Assembly: GCA_963717685.1 (NCBI GenBank)
Contig: OY970346.1
Span: 1,183,695-1,247,694, forward strand
Direction of reading: 5' to 3'
Length of the DNA stretch: 64,000 nucleotides
DNA from: an uncultured Bacteroidales bacterium
Lineage (GTDB): Bacteria > Bacteroidota > Bacteroidia > Bacteroidales > VadinHA17
Shown here: piece by piece, positions 63,841-64,000 of the stretch
Layout: the number at the start of each line of letters is the position of its first letter
Numbering within the stretch: position 1 is the stretch's first letter
Translations under genes and position numbers: made by a program
The notes under the pieces: model-generated
Database searches by the model: none
What the model was told of the DNA's origin: nothing
What the model saw: the letters and a program-made list of their open reading frames with translations, nothing else

Positions 63841-64000
63841 TCAGAACATCTCTTTCCAATAATGGACGGTCAGATCTTTGTCAATTAGTCCCCCTTGTTG
63901 AACTTTTTTTAGAATAGTTTCCTGATTTGTTTTATTGAAGTTTTCCGATTGATTTTCCTGAATGTAAATCTCGGCTAATTCTAAAATTCCATTACCCTTC
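63841..64000 (-). CDS. Partial ORF (3' end only), in a different frame, ending 1 nt before the helicase-C ORF
   Basis: Own translation is ..KGNGILELAEIYIQENQSENFNKTNQETILKKVQQGGLIDKDLTVHYWKEMF* with TGA at 63841-63843. It may be the helicase N-terminal part (frameshifted or a separate gene). Confidence 0.4.
   Translation of the reverse strand, partial: KGNGILELAEIYIQENQSENFNKTNQETILKKVQQGGLIDKDLTVHYWKEMF

Noticed and set aside
1-64000. CRISPR array
   Set aside because: The dispersed repeats are 50-290 bp long, irregularly spaced, present in both orientations and separated by genes. No short, regularly spaced direct-repeat array and no cas genes were seen.

Overview
This is a 64 kb AT-rich bacterial chromosomal segment, roughly one-third GC by eye. 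It is most plausibly Bacteroidota: it has T9SS-type C-terminal sorting domains, a Bacteroidetes-type tyrosine integrase with an HTH excisionase, many SpII lipoproteins and TonB. I can support about 55 protein-coding genes or pseudogenes. Recognisable products are a 1-Cys peroxiredoxin, TonB, an SDR, a radical SAM enzyme with a SPASM/twitch-like Cys cluster, a Reg_prop beta-propeller lipoprotein, a clan GH-A glycosidase, a DinB-family protein, a beta-lactamase-fold serine hydrolase, NUDIX, VOC/glyoxalase, two alpha/beta hydrolases, an MFS transporter and a TPR-SpoIIE phosphatase. There is also a 1374-aa S8 subtilase carrying a dockerin and a T9SS CTD, followed by a tri-cohesin-like T9SS protein. 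Two autonomous IS elements are present. One is IS21 family (istA/istB, about 32567-35286). The other is IS256 family (45041-46410), with an 8-bp TSD and a transposase broken by an in-frame TAG. The dominant property of 0-50 kb is repeat load. At least 22 copies of a ~135-bp MITE have arms that resemble the terminal repeats of the resident IS21. Several other intergenic repeat families (here called B, C, D, E) share a 14-bp palindrome, GTTTAAATTTAAAC, that occurs 12 times. Five or six diverged copies of a tRNA-3'-end plus hairpin plus ACGCCAGGTTT unit occur in both orientations. There is a perfect 975-bp tandem duplication and a near-identical ~0.63-0.8 kb inverted repeat pair flanking ~15 kb. 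Several genes are truncated by MITE or IS insertion, and three genes are broken by a single in-frame stop. The right end (53.1 kb to beyond 64 kb) is an integrative island bounded by a tRNA-Met-like 3' fragment. It carries integrase, excisionase, two ClpS-like genes, a HEPN-motif protein, and a tight operon: SF1-helicase/nuclease, then HsdR, then DUF45 metallohydrolase, then an agmatine-deiminase-fold enzyme. I consider that island the best candidate for an undescribed (defence-type) system. All repeat coordinates are by-eye estimates (about +/-10 bp), and all homology calls come from motif recognition, not database searches.
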